A DNA stretch of 64,000 bases, taken from contig OU015569.1 in the NCBI GenBank assembly GCA_907165135.1, forward strand, positions 10,354,001 through 10,418,000. The letters are read 5' to 3'. How positions within the stretch are numbered: position 1 is the stretch's first letter; every line of letters begins with the position of its first letter. This document shows positions 1 through 13,094 of this stretch, one piece after another. The notes beneath the pieces were generated by a model. The model made no database searches. It had not been told where the DNA came from and saw nothing but the letters and a program-made list of their open reading frames with translations. The translations under genes and the position numbers were made by a program. The DNA comes from Oikopleura dioica (Eukaryota > Animalia > Chordata).

Positions 1-429
1 CGAATCATCATTCGAAATAAAAAGCAAGAGCCGGGCTTCTTTCGAGCTTAGCAGGATAAATTAGAATACGGCGAGATCTGCTTAGCTCTTTCAATTCTCT
101 CAAGTCAAGAATAATTCTATTGCCTAGCTGGTTTTCCTAGTTGCAAGGTAAAGACCTTTAACTTGAGTGTTGAACTTGAAAAACCAAAAATCGGTCGGTG
201 CCTTTTTCTCTCGATGTGAAGAAGAAATCCGTCGAGACGGTCGTATTTATACGCTTCTGCTACTGAGAAAAACTGGAAAACTACCTGCGTCATATCATGC
301 TCAGTTTCTGCATCGAAGCCAGTTCCCATACCTTCTTTTTAAAGACATAAGCAGGTTTTAATTCAAGAATGCGTCTCAAGAATAACCAAACATGCTACGA
401 AGGCTTGTATTAGTAATGAGTTTACTCTG

Positions 430-464
430 AGGAGCATACTGTACGGACCCTACAGTATGCTCCT
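430..464. repeat. Perfect 14-bp inverted repeat (hairpin)
   Basis: aggagcatactgta (430-443), loop cggaccc, tacagtatgctcct (451-464). Confidence 0.85.
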
Positions 465-603
465 TTCTGTGTGATAAGGTGAAGTTGTTTTTTTATTCGA
501 AAATGTGAACTTTCTTTTTATAAAAATAATAAATTTGTAAAGGCAGTTGTTAAAGTTGGTGCTAATTTGACAGTGAAATTATATTATCATTGATTGTGAT
601 TCA

Positions 604-2191
604 TTATTCTTGAGATTGGCGTTCTGGAATTTTATACCAATCGTAGGCCAAGGCATCTTCCGCTGTGATCCGTGTCTCTACATCCGCGTCCATCAACGCC
701 CTAAATGATGAGTAAAATCAGATGCTGGAAGCAGGTTTGTATTTACAGGGTTAGGGCCTTGAGATCGGGATGAGAACAAAAAGGCTCTCTGTCAGGAATA
801 AGGTTCTTCATGTCTCGCTGTCTTGCAAGCATCACGTCTTTTGAAAGGGTTGAGGGAAAAGGTCTTCTCATGGTGACTATGATGAAAAGCACAAGCCCCA
901 AGCTCCAGCAGTCTGCGATAAAGGGCTGGTAAGGCGTCTCGCTGATAAGTTCTGGAGCCATGTAGGAACGAGTCCCGCAATAATTCTCGGAGAGAGTATC
1001 ACGGTCAGCTCGTCTGGCGAATCCAAAGTCGGTCAGCACGGCTTTCAGGGGCTTTTTCTTTATAAAAAATATATTTTCAGCCTCAGATTGAAATTCATTA
1101 TGAAAATCTACTAGTTTCGAGGCCTAAGATTCTAGAACACCTTGCTCTCTAGAATCTAGAATCATTACGTTACCTCTTCGTTGAGTCGCAGAAGAATGTT
1201 GCTCAACTTGATGTCTGGGGTCGGCAACTTGCCACGAAATGTCGTGGCAAGACAAGGCAAGGCAAGTTACTTGCCATGGCAAGTTGATGGCAAGACAAGT
1301 AACTTGCCATGGCAAGTTGTAGAAATGGCTAGTTCTGGCAAGAAAATTTCAAGTAGTTTGCTAGTTTCTAACACAAGCGGAGATTCAGATCTTGTCCGAT
1401 GGGTCTTTGAGTAGTTCTTAAACCTCTGACCGACTGTCTTGTTGTTCATTCTCTGTGAAAACGACTTGATTTTCGTGAAAAAATGATTTTTGAGCATAAA
1501 CTCTACGGAAAAAACCAAGGAAAATGGACCTAGACATGTACTTGCCATCAACTTGCCAGGAGACTTCCTTTGGCAAGACAAGGCAAGGCAAGTACTTGCC
1601 TTGCCAAACTTGCCATTTACCTTGCCATTGGCAAGTTGGCAAGTGGCAAGTTGCCGACCCCAGCTTGATGTCTCGGTGAGCAATACCATTTTTATGGAGA
1701 TAAACGACTCCCTCCGTGATATGTCGGAACATTTTTTTGCACATACTTGGTCGAAGCCGTCCATGGTCTGCGAGATAGGTTGAAAAGTCCTCCTCGTAAA
1801 GTTCTAACAAATTGTCTCGTATTTTTAACATGTCAACCGTTTGTCAATGTACCTGTAACGATGAAAATGGTGTCGTTAGGCTCATAATATCCGGAAAAAA
1901 GTGAAAATGTCAGGTTTTTATGCCAAACAGTTTCGGCGACCTCAAGTTCGCGGAAGAGTTGGCGCTCTCCCTGGCCTCCTTGGAAGTCTAAAAACAAAAT
2001 AGACAGACTTCAGAATAACGCGACTTACCGATAAGTTTGATGGCCACGGGTTTAGTTTGTCCCTCGTCGCCGACTTTCATGACACCTCTGGAGACGGAGC
2101 CATAGCCGCCTCTCCTAATGAAGACGTCCATTTTCACCCCAGCTCGTTCAAGAAATTCAGCAATATCCTTGGGGGCGTTGTTTTCCGACAT
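604..2191 (-). CDS. Testis-specific serine kinase (TSSK)-like CAMK kinase, catalytic loop interrupted by a MITE
   Basis: Exons give RGGYGSV...VAIK, HRDIK|LSNILL (split by the element at 1215-1663), TDFGFAR, YCGTRSYMAPE and ADCWSLG. The ordinary introns are GT-AG. Stop at 604-606. Could be a disrupted allele. Confidence 0.75.
1215..1663. mobile_element. 449-bp non-autonomous hAT-like MITE
   Basis: Perfect 21-bp TIRs (ctggggtcggcaacttgccac / gtggcaagttgccgaccccag). 8-bp target-site duplication cttgatgt at 1207-1214 and 1664-1671. Many subterminal cttgcc/ggcaag repeats. No transposase. An 8-bp TSD is typical of hAT elements. Confidence 0.93.
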
Positions 2192-2389
2192 TTCTGGCTT
2201 TTATCTGACTGCAGAAAGCTGAGTTGCGAACTTCCCGGAAGAATAAGCCAATCAAAGACCGTCTTAATAACAATAACAAATGAAGTCCTTTTAATTCGAA
2301 CAAATTAATCAGACATTGTAAGTGAAGCCAAAATAAGAAGAAATAATCATTGAAGCTTAATTTAAGTACAGAAAACGGTCAAATTACAG

Positions 2390-5203
2390 TCAAACGGTGT
2401 CGTAGTCGTCGATGGAATCGTCGAAAGCGTCAGAAAGCTCCGAGCTGGATGTGTCGTAGTCGATTTCGGCGGTGAAGTTTTGCGAGAGAACAAGCAAATC
2501 CTGAAGCCACATAACGCGCTCGCGAAATTCTAAAAGCAAATCATCGAAGTTCTAGTGCGCTAGACAGAACCCTCATTTACTGCGTCCATTCTGTCGAAAA
2601 GCTCAATCGATAGGGCCTGTGTTGCGTCAACGGATTTCAAGTGTGCGGAAGTATTGACGAATTTCAGATCGGATTCGTCTTTGAATTGGCTGTAGTGAGT
2701 CCTTAATTGCGATCGTTTAGTTGAATTTAAAGAGCATTTTTGAGTAACTTGAAGTTCTCCAAAGCATCTTGAAGTCCCATGATCATCCCACTGAAGTCCA
2801 CGAGCGAGTTCACAGTATCAGTGACAGTAGAGTTGAGCTAAAGATCGTTTTTTTGTTAAAAAGAATATAATTTTTTCGTACTCTTAGAAGGTTGTCCTCG
2901 TTGTCGCTGAGCTTCTGCGAAATATCGTTTTGGTATTCTTCTAGATGCGTAAGAATGGTGGAGGTGGAGTTGATGCTGTCGTAAATATTCTGTAATTGTT
3001 CGTCAAAGTCGACCATGACTGATGGTTGCGCGGAAGGGACTGGAGTTGTGTCCAGTCCGATTCCAGGTGCTGCTCGATCTAACACCGGATGAGCGCACTG
3101 TTAGTAACTCCAGTAACGATTTGGAAGTCCAAATCCAACAACTAACTTATTCACTACTTTCCTTTATTGGATCGGAAAATGCACTCGAGATATTCGTCGA
3201 TGCAATAAAGGACGACAAGGGCGAAATCAACGAAAACAAGGAGTCAAATTGATCAAATAACAAATTCTAGGGGCAAGTGTTCACCCAGGCCCATGGGCTC
3301 AATACGTGACCAGATCGAGTTCAATTCGGTTCGAATGCGCGTGTACCGCTCCCCTACTGTTCGGCGAAGGTTTTCAAGCTTTTTCAGCTTGAAAGTTAAT
3401 CACTCAACACAGAGAAACGAAAACCCATGGCGCTACCTGGTTGAATTGACGCGATATTTTGGCCTCAAAGTTGCGGATGCGCCGCGAATTTACCTTTCCC
3501 AGGGAGTCGCTGTCGGCCAAGCTGACTTCGAGGAGACTCAGTCTGAAACAGAATAAGCGCGAGCGTGAGGATTATTTTTCACCCTGGGAACAGCGCCCTT
3601 ACTGAGTGGAAACTACTGAGCTAATGAAAATTATCCCGACGGCCATCGATCATTTGTCGATTGATTTAAAATTTCCCAATCCGTTTTTCAAAAACTCACC
3701 TGTTATTTTTTTCTTGTACTCTTTCTTCTATTCCGTCTAGGCGAGAAATGAGATGAACGAGTTGGCCTCCTGCCTCTTCGGATGTGAAATTCTCCGGCCT
3801 TAAAATCCGTTTCAAATGAGTTGAAAACGTTGCGAGTTAGTATTGGACTGGTAGACTGACAGAGTCGTATTCCTTCAATTACTAGAACAATTAGCGAGTG
3901 TCTTAATTAAATTCCTCGTTAGGAAAGTGTCTGAGATGGCAACCAGATGTGATAAATGGTCGATTCGAGATTATCGCTGTCGCCTTCAGAAAGCAATTAT
4001 CGAACGTACTTGTCAGCCGCTGACGTTTGATTCATTCGATACTCCATGCTGTCTATTCGAAAGACCAGTTCCTGGATCAGCTCCTCCTAAAAGTTCAGAG
4101 TTCATAACTAGCCCAAAGTTGCTTTCTAAAAATTCAACCATTGTGGAGTTGCCGACGATAGGAGCATTAGACGACTGGTCAACAAAAGTGACTGTTTCAT
4201 AGTCAACGAAGCTGCTTCCGCTTCCTTCTGTTCTCTCCAGAAGCATATTTCGTGTATCTTCAAAATTATTTCATCAGCGAAACTCGGCGATAACCTTACC
4301 AGTTTTGAGCGCCCCAAAGTCAGCCCGAGAGTTTTCCAGGTCCTCCTCAATGACTGCCATGCGATGCTGCATTTGTTGATTTCGACTTTGTAGCTCTCGA
4401 ATTTGCTCGGTCTGCTGTCTAACAACTGCCAGTAGCTCCTCCGTAGACGGGCCCATCGAAAACTCAGCATCGCGTCTTGCTCTACTCGACTGTCGAAGAT
4501 ACTGGCGCCCACGGCGTCGATCACGGCTGATTCTTCGGATCTGCTTTTCTTGCTTCTTCAATTTTTCCTAGTTTGCTTCTGCGTTACTATCTGAGAATAT
4601 TCGGGGGCTTACATTCAACTGCTGGAAATAAATTGAGCTTTCGCGTGAAGATTCTTGAAGCAGTTTCTTTCTCATATCTTCGCAAATTTTGGGCATGAAG
4701 AAAGGTTCATTTTTTCAAATAGTAATCATTACCTTCATAAATCCAGTTAAGTGACTTTATGTGCTTTGGATTATATCTCGTATTTCTTGATAAAACATCG
4801 CCCTTTTTCAAAGATTTTTTAATAAGAAGATTCGATAAACTCGATCTGTAGGATGAACTCTGTTCCTGTCGGGCTATAAGCCGCCGTAGTCGATTCTGGT
4901 TATGTCTTTGTAGTGCTGTTTGTCCCTTTTAACACTGGTCAAATACCTAATTCGATACTTTATTGACTTTATTTATAATCGCCGGGAATGGATTGATTGC
5001 GTTCTTATTTTTATACAAAAGAAGATTTTCTCTTTAGTAAAAAATAACCTTGAAAATTTGAAATAAAAAATAGCCAAATGCATCATGCATTGGCATGTTC
5101 TACGATAGATTTCTTCGACCATTTTCTGCGCTAGCATTCTCGTGAAATCACTACTGGCCCAGACGGCTTCGAAAATGAAGCTCAGCGTGAGGAGAAGCCT
5201 CAT
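2390..5203 (-). CDS. Putative secreted coiled-coil protein of unknown function (multi-exon)
   Basis: Signal-peptide-like start MRLLLTLSFIFEAVWA. Coiled-coil ORF pieces at 4274-4561, 4013-4246 and 2810-3085. The last three exons join by GT-AG to a stop at 2390. Middle exons are unresolved and this could be two genes. Confidence 0.5.
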
Positions 5204-6151
5204 TTTTTGTTTGACCTTGAATCTCTCTGATTATCTTAATTAACATCTGAACATTTAACTGATGATGCTTGTTTGATGGCGCCCCCTTCCTCACAAAGTA
5301 CACGCTAGCAAGAAAAAGAAAGTAGAAGAAGAGTTCAATGTGAAAATCACTTTAGGTGGGATCAAACGGCTTCCAAAGGAAGAATAAATGCCACCTGGCT
5401 TCCTAATTGAAGAACACTGTATATCACCTAATCGAAGATGGATGGATCTGAACTTTTAAGAAGGCAACTTGAAGTTGAGCAAAGAATTTCTTCCCTCGCC
5501 ACCGTCTAAAAAGTCTTCGTAGAAGCACAAGTCAAGGAACTTATCTGAGTTAAACTCTGACTTTTTTCTGTATGGAAAGCTTTAGCTTCTCGGCGTTTTT
5601 TCTAAAAGTAATCAAAAATTTTCGGAAAAAATCAAGAAAAATTTTCACCGCCGCAAATTGTGCCCTCCGGCGACTACCCTTGAGCGTGTGACACCAACCG
5701 TCAGTTCATTCATCACTTCATAGACTTCTCTTATAGGTATGATAATTTTAATCAATCAAAAAAATTCTTGAGACCCTTGCGGATAATCTCACCAATGAGC
5801 GGCCGCCCCTTTGAAATTTCGTAACTCCGGACGCGAATGTCCTTCCCTTTTTTCAGACAGAGAGAAAACCTTCCTTGCCCTAGAAATTCATGCTCTTCTA
5901 TGTTGGATCTAATTTTTTAGAAAAAAAACTTGCCATGGCCGTGTGCACAAAGATCATTAATGTAATGGCGGACTCGTGGCTGTCAGGGATGCGTTTAGTA
6001 AACACCACGGAAACAGTGTGCACGCCAAAGATTCAACCTTCAGTACATTGGGCTGTAACTAAACTCCCGAATCCTGCGTGCTTTCGATCGACCGAAAATG
6101 TTATTTTAAATAAGAAATTTAGAATCTAAAAATGTTTTCTAGCAGAAAAGA

Positions 6152-6526
6152 ATGGACAATTCTGAACTGGAGAACGATGGTCCTAAAATTGATTGTGGCC
6201 TCAATCAAGTCTCGTCGGAAATGGAGATTCAAGAGAATTCTCCGTCACTATATGCTGCTACTGATGTAGACTTTCCTTCTGGCATGGGTGTGCACAGCTT
6301 TTCAATGCGTTCTAGCGTACCAGTGTCGCATGAAAGTGAAGAAAATGCACCTCCTTCGATCGAGTTCGATGCTTCAGAGACCCTCGCTTCAGAAACTAAC
6401 GCGCATATAACTGATGGATTTGGCGAATCCGAGCCTCTACTTACTGGTCCGCTTTTCGACTGTTCCTCCATGGAAACAGATATTCACGGACTTGGAGAGA
6501 TTGATTCTGATTTCTTTGCCAATTGA
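6152..6526 (+). CDS. Acidic, Ser-rich 124-aa ORF (orphan gene or last exon)
   Basis: ORF preceded by an acceptor-like ttttctag. Protein-like disordered composition. AATAAA downstream at about 6651. Confidence 0.4.
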   Translation: MDNSELENDGPKIDCGLNQVSSEMEIQENSPSLYAATDVDFPSGMGVHSFSMRSSVPVSHESEENAPPSIEFDASETLASETNAHITDGFGESEPLLTGPLFDCSSMETDIHGLGEIDSDFFAN

Positions 6527-9500
6527 AGGGAAAACGTTCAGTCTTCCTTGATTTCAACTGCCAGTTTTTCAGCTGCCAAATCAAAGAAACTCTTTACTTC
6601 ACTTTTACTATCACTTTATTCACTATTACTTAACTTTCACATTCACATATAATAAAAGAAGAACCCACTCAAGAGAGAGAGAAAATGCCACTTTTTCTTA
6701 CAGTGCGAGAAAAACGGATAAGCGCGTATCTTGGCAGGACGATAATTGTTGAAGGGTGTTTTATCGGAAACAAACAAGTCACATCTGGAGTGGGGAGAAA
6801 AAATCACGACCTTTTCAGAAAGAGCATAATTAGCGAACGAAGCAAAATATTTTGACTTTGCGCACGTGAAATTGCGAACTGTCCCAAATTGAATGCTAAA
6901 ATGCTTGTAGCTCTTCTTTTAGGAAGAGTGGTTCTAGGGAGCAGTGATGTTTTAATGTGATTGAACATCACTAGAAATCTGAAAAGCGTCGGGAAGAACG
7001 AAAAGTGAAAAAGAAATGGTGCAGGCGACAAATATATGTAGTAGAATACAGGTGCGACCGCACTAATTTAACCCGTAAGCGTAATTCCTTTGCAGAACAA
7101 GCAGTGGCACAGATGGCGCATTTCACCGCCGCAAACTATTCGCCAATCACTTGTGGTCGACCTTTTTTCGAAAAAACGAAAAAATCGCCATAAAACGAAA
7201 AATTTGTTTCGAAAGCGCGGATTAACCAGCACAGCTGGGACACCTAACCCGAAATAGCGCACCTGCGCTTCCACCACCGCCAAATACGCACAAGCGCACC
7301 ATTTTGAGTCCTTTTAATTGTCAATTACTGCAACAGTGTTACGGCACTTCTATAGTGCCTCTTCTACAGTAATGACGAACAAGCTTGAAAACTTAGTTTT
7401 GAACAAATTTTCCTCCTTTTTCGCCACTTTAAATTTCCGTATTGTTGGTTTAATATTGTGCCAAGAGCTAAAATGGGATCACTAGCGGCGCTGGCCTTTG
7501 AACCAGGCCAGGTGCACCTTCTAGAGTCAAAATTCGATCTCGCGCCGCTGCATATTGTAAATAACATATTGCGCATATTTATATGTCGATTATTTATATT
7601 CGGCGGGTAATCTCTTCTGGTTCCACCACCTGCACCTTCCATAATATAATCCTATCGAGGCGCAAACAAAATAAAAATAAAACTTGCTTTTTCGAAATAC
7701 TCTAAATTCGAATCTATAAAACTCGCTCGACAAATTAGTCGGCATAAATGCGAAATAAAAAAGCTACTAATACAGTAATCTTCCTTTCCATAAAAAAAAA
7801 GGATCTTGGAATTTTGCGAGCTCGAAAAAAAAAAGCCTTAACGTCTGTTTTGGCTCTTTATGTCCTCAATTTTCCCTCGATTGAAGCAACTAACACCCTC
7901 AGCTGCTGGCTGGAACGCTTTGATCGGGTGTTGTTTTGCTTTGGAAAGCTTGAAGAAATAAAGAAAGAGGACCTTTTTATGGCTTATCACGCGCATGGCG
8001 TGGATCTCGGATCAATGGCTTGTGAAAAATCTGCTCTCTTTGCTATCTGTTATTGCTTTGGATATTATTAAATCCATCTCAAAGGGGAGCAAAATTCAGC
8101 TGAAGGGAAAGCCCTTGAAAATCGAATTGGGACGCGTTGTGGGAGAATCTGCTCGCCGCAAAACAAATGTTTATTTCCGGTGGAAAAGCTATTTTATACA
8201 ATTGCCCATTTTTCGAATTTGGAAAAATATCAATCCGCGCCGAAATTCATCAACTTGAGAATCAACTCACGTGCGCGGCTTTGATCGCTGAGAGTTAATG
8301 GCAAGACATGTTGACAGTCAATAGTCTACTGTCGTTTAAAACAACACTGAGTCAACATTTTTGACAGTCCATCTTGAATTCGAAAAAATGACAATATTTT
8401 ACAATTGGAAAAGTGCTAATTTACGATTGAATAATTCTTTATAAAACCTAGTAAATCAAGAAAAAGACGCCTTTGCAAGAGGGAATTTAATTCCAGAGGT
8501 GCTCACGTTGATCGTAATAAACTGATCATTTCGGAAGATGAAAGCGACGATTTTTTCTTTATTGGAGGTTACTTCTCGATTGGCAGGAGGCTTAGCGTAA
8601 AATCGGAAAAATAGCTATTCAAGCGAAAGAAAAAAGAGTCTGGCCAGCTTTAGAATTTCTGAATTGTACATTTTCAACCATAAAAGAGGGTTCTTAGCTT
8701 ATAACCCCCCTAACCCTAATGTATGTTTTTTTGAATGTCTATTCCCTTAGACCTAAAATTTTTGAGGAATAAACTTGATTTTCATTTGTACCCGAAGCTG
8801 TGAGAATAAAAACAAATGTCAACAAATGATGACACGTGGGCCTGACACGTCTAAAATTCCGAATTTTTGTGGTCTTGCATTTCGGTCATCACTGGCGAGG
8901 TATTATTGGCATCACTGGATTCTTCAAGAGATATTTATTAGTAGCCTGGACAAGTTTTACAACGCCGCAGAAAAAAGCGGTGAACATCTCACAATTCCTG
9001 CTTTTATCAAACGATTTCTAGCCATTTTTATTAAATCGATCAGAAAGTCAGCAAGGCATCGCGGCGCTTCCTGTTCCGAGCTAATGATCAAACGCCAATC
9101 AAACGGTTTTCATTTCCTTCTTTATGAAATAAGAAAACGGCGAGCCACGGTGCTAAATGGTGATAAGCGGCGCTGATAACCGCCACTCTTCCGATCTTCG
9201 CCTTCTGCGCCGAAAGGATAAACGCTAATTGCGTTTGAAATACCGCCCTAAGGTGCACTACCAACTGGAACTTCTTCCTTGAGATAATAAACAATCCTCA
9301 TTCATATAAAACACAGCCTTCAAGAAAACAGGAAGGAGGACCAATATCTATAGACTAACCCTAACCCCAAAGGTTTTTCTTTGATAATTTTTAGGGTGCT
9401 TGTTAAATCAACAACACATGTTATAGTACAGTAATGTACTGGTCATTTCCTTTCTCCAATTCGGCCTATTTTTTGTGAGCCCTAAACTCCAGAAATAGGT

Positions 9501-11966
9501 AGCTCAGAGGAAATCGAGGCTATAATGGGCTATTTACCGAAATTAAGGTGCCCTTAGAAGGTGGTAGAATATGTAGAGCGTAAATTTCAAGCGTTCGGAA
9601 TCAGATAAAGTGCCAGAAAGAGGTGAGTAATTGTTATCGGGAGACATTTTGCAGTTTATCGTGACACCTCCAGGCGAAGATCGCATCCGGAATTGCTCGC
9701 CAATTAGCAGCTCTCCATCATGATAGATTGGTCACTTTTAGAATGTCGCTACATGAGGAATTTCAACACGGGGAAGGGAGCAAACCCGCGGAAACGGAAA
9801 AGTGTAAACACAAATGTAAAATCTAATTAGATCAAGATTTTCGTATTTGGCGATTTGAAAAACGCCGTGTGAAAATTCAGAAGGCGCTGAGACGTCGTTT
9901 TTTGTCATTTCGATTACTCTTCTTCTTGTTTTAGGAATTTGTGTTTTCTCTTTCGGCGAGCATGTCGCTAGAATTAGCGTTGCAGCTGGCGGCGGCTATG
10001 GCGGTTGTGGGGGTGCTGTGCCTTAGCTCTAGTAAAGTAATACACACAGCTGGCCAACGTAAATTGTTACTATTTCAAATAGTTAGTTGACATTTTCGCT
10101 GTCAGCGCCGAATTCGCACCTTAGACCGCCAAAACAACTAAAACACACCTTCTATGAAACACCATAAAAACAATTCCAGAGCACTAAACAATTACTCCAC
10201 AATTTTTAATTTCAACTGCGCAGATTCATAAACAAAGCGCAATTTCATTTGATTTCTTAGATTTTCCAGAGTGAGAAAATCTAAAAAAAGAGGGCTGAAA
10301 GAAAAATCAGATGGCGGGTGTGAATGAATATTCAAAAAACGTTCACAAGCTGTTTCTTTTTTTTCACGCCTGTTAAAAAGTCGAGCGCGTAATGGGTCAG
10401 CCATCAGATTGAAAATTGAAATCATCTTCGTTTTCTCGACGAATCGCTACGAAAATGGGCCACCTGCTAAATCTAACGATAGCTTTAATGGAGCCAGTCA
10501 CTGATGGAGACGAATGATACGAGATTCATAGAGAGTACGAATTTCACACCTCCACCCCTAATCGCCCCTAATCAAGGCATAATATTTTTCTACTTAGCCA
10601 CATTGTCATTCTTCATGACAGTTGCCCAAAATGGCCCAAAAGCTAACATGTATAAAAGTAAGTTTTAGAAAGGGCCCCTCCGCGCTGAGCTCCTTGCAAT
10701 TCATGAATTTAATTTAGTAATTGCGGTTTCGAACCGCTCTGGGAAGATTTCCGGAAACGACATTTTGCATCGACAAAGAGAAATGTCTTGTTACAATTTG
10801 TACTGCTGTCAATCGGGAGCTAGCGGGGCCGACCTTCGCTTAAAAAAAACACCGGCAGCGAATTTAATCAAACATTAATACCCATTTATTTCGAGCATCT
10901 TTCGTAACTAGTACAAGCAGAAGTGGGAAAATGAATGATTCAAAGCTGAATTTGAAGAATTTTCAGGCTGCGAAAAAGGTTGTTTTTGATCGTGCCGCGG
11001 TGGAAATAGATCGCGAGAGAAAACAGAAAATAAACTGTTTTCACGCATTTTGACTTTGATTCAGCTGGAAATTTAGAACTTCGAATAATCGCTTGTTATG
11101 AGAGGCTTTCATATGGAATTGGGATTATTTTCGCCCGCCTAAGATCGCCTCCCTTTTCGAGGAAATGAAAAAGAACAGAAAGATGAGAGTGAGGAGCTGC
11201 TCATCTAAGCGCTCAAATGTGGTTTTTCGCGCACAACCTCTAAGTACGCTTAATTCTCAGTTTTCATACCAAGACATTTCTTTCTTTCTATAGAAGATAG
11301 AGACTCTGTATCTAAACGAAACGAGCTGCTTTACATAAAACTTAAATTGACACGATCTAACGTGTCCATCCACTAATTGCAATTTGGTTTCAATTGGCGG
11401 GGTTTGCTCTTCGTAGGTAATATAATCATATAATAGAATATTGATCCCTAAACGCCAGCTGTGTCGCCACTAGAAATATGAAATCACGAATATGATGAAT
11501 CGTATTTTATTCAATTTAAAATTACTTTCCAATTCTTTAGTCAATAGTCTTTTTATTTGTTTTCGGAATTTTTGTTAAAAATAATTCATTTAAAATATTT
11601 ATTTATAAATCAATTGTTGCTTCGATACATTCGACGCTCAATAAAGTTGATGAAAGTCAAAAATTGAGGCAAGTAAGAGTTTTATTGTCAAAGGAAAATA
11701 ATTAGGAGGAGAATCTATTTCTTCTGCTTTGGGATTGGTCTTTCTGTTTGCACAGGTGGCGCCCTCGCGTTCAGAATACCGCTCGGTTCATGCTCGACGA
11801 TTCTGCTTGCCTCGCGCGCGCCCCCGCTGTCGTGTGGCGTAGCCTCTTGCTATATCTATACGAGTGCGTGTGGTGCTTCTTCCAAAATACAAATTCACCT
11901 AACGCTTTTTTCTCATCGTAAATACACTTTTCGAAAAACAAGAAAAAACAAAGTCGAAACCGAAAA

Positions 11967-13094
11967 ATGCCGAGACCATCGAGAGACTCTTACGGAGACC
12001 AGAAGCCCCCATACTCTTATATTGCCCTTACTGCGATGGCGATTCAATCCGCCCCCGATAAAATGATGACCTTGGCGGAGATTTACAAGTTCATCATGGA
12101 CCGCTTTCCCTATTATCGAAAAAACACGCAGCGATGGCAGAACTCGCTCCGGCACAATTTGTCCTTCAACGATTGCTTCATCAAGATCCCCCGCCGAGCT
12201 GATAAGCCTGGTAAGGGTTCCTACTGGTCTCTCCACCCAAGCTGCGGCGATATGTTCGAAAATGGCTCGTTTCTTCGCCGACGAAAGCGATTCAAGACCG
12301 TTGGGGGAAAACGGGTCGCGATTGACGACGGCTCACCAGAAGCTTCACCTCTGAAACCCGCTGCCCCTTCTTCTCTCAACTCCCCGTACTCACTTTCAAA
12401 CTACGAAAATAGCACCATGCAAAAGCCTCCAATTGGAATGTCCATTCTTCCGAAGCTCTCCGAAATCGCTCCTCCTCCAGCGCCAGAAAGTCCGCACTCT
12501 AATTCGTCCGAGAAGAAGTCCTTCTCGATCGAATCACTAATGAACCCAGGGTCTCTTCCAGCTCCAAATCCAATGATTCCTATTCCTCAGATGCCCATGC
12601 CAATGCCTGGCACTCTCTTGCCGAACCCAGCGATGCCAGGAAACGGCGCTACACAATCGCCGGGACTTTCGATGCCGCTCGAGATGTCGTTGATTTACCA
12701 AAAAGCAATGATCCAGCAGCGGCTGCAGCAGCAACAAGCGCTAATGGCCGCACAACTCCAACTTAGCCAGCTTCAACGAGCTCAAACGATGCTGCCGACT
12801 TCGAGTCCTCTTCCCATTCCGACTATTCCCGCGCATCCTTTCCCAGTCGCTTCCTCCGCGAGTCCAGCGATAACGCAGCAAGCACAGGCCCTACAACATC
12901 TCCTAGAGGTCCAGAAACGCGCCCGCGCCATCCTCGAAAGTCAGAAAATCCAGCTACAGCTAAAGAACTCCTCTCCTGGCGCAGGAAGCCTAGATTCCTT
13001 CACCGCCAGTGGCAGCGCATCGAGCGGCAGCAACTCCGACCCGGAAGAAACGATCGTCGAAGTCAAATGCGAAAATTCCATTGCCGCCATTTGA
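11967..13094 (+). CDS. FoxB: Forkhead box transcription factor, FoxB class (intronless)
   Basis: [27 protein letters not shown]...[21 protein letters not shown]...[18 protein letters not shown] is the FoxB signature. eh1-like motif FSIESLM. Pro/Gln-rich C-terminus. Confidence 0.97.
   Translation: MPRPSRDSYGDQKPPYSYIALTAMAIQSAPDKMMTLAEIYKFIMDRFPYYRKNTQRWQNSLRHNLSFNDCFIKIPRRADKPGKGSYWSLHPSCGDMFENGSFLRRRKRFKTVGGKRVAIDDGSPEASPLKPAAPSSLNSPYSLSNYENSTMQKPPIGMSILPKLSEIAPPPAPESPHSNSSEKKSFSIESLMNPGSLPAPNPMIPIPQMPMPMPGTLLPNPAMPGNGATQSPGLSMPLEMSLIYQKAMIQQRLQQQQALMAAQLQLSQLQRAQTMLPTSSPLPIPTIPAHPFPVASSASPAITQQAQALQHLLEVQKRARAILESQKIQLQLKNSSPGAGSLDSFTASGSASSGSNSDPEETIVEVKCENSIAAI

Noticed and set aside
1-420. 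Possible gene end at the window edge
   Set aside because: Too little sequence to support a call.
1215-1663. Repeat cluster as a CRISPR array
   Set aside because: Eukaryotic context, irregular inverted 6-mers, no repeat-spacer periodicity and no cas genes.
1124-1783. ORFs with repeated LPWQV/TCLA peptides
   Set aside because: They are translations of the MITE subterminal repeats.
8700-9370. TAACCC telomere-like units at about 8710 and 9355
   Set aside because: Only 1-2 copies each, compatible with chance.
6804-10425. Short ORFs upstream of FoxB
   Set aside because: Low-complexity AT-rich translations with no motifs or coherent exon chain.
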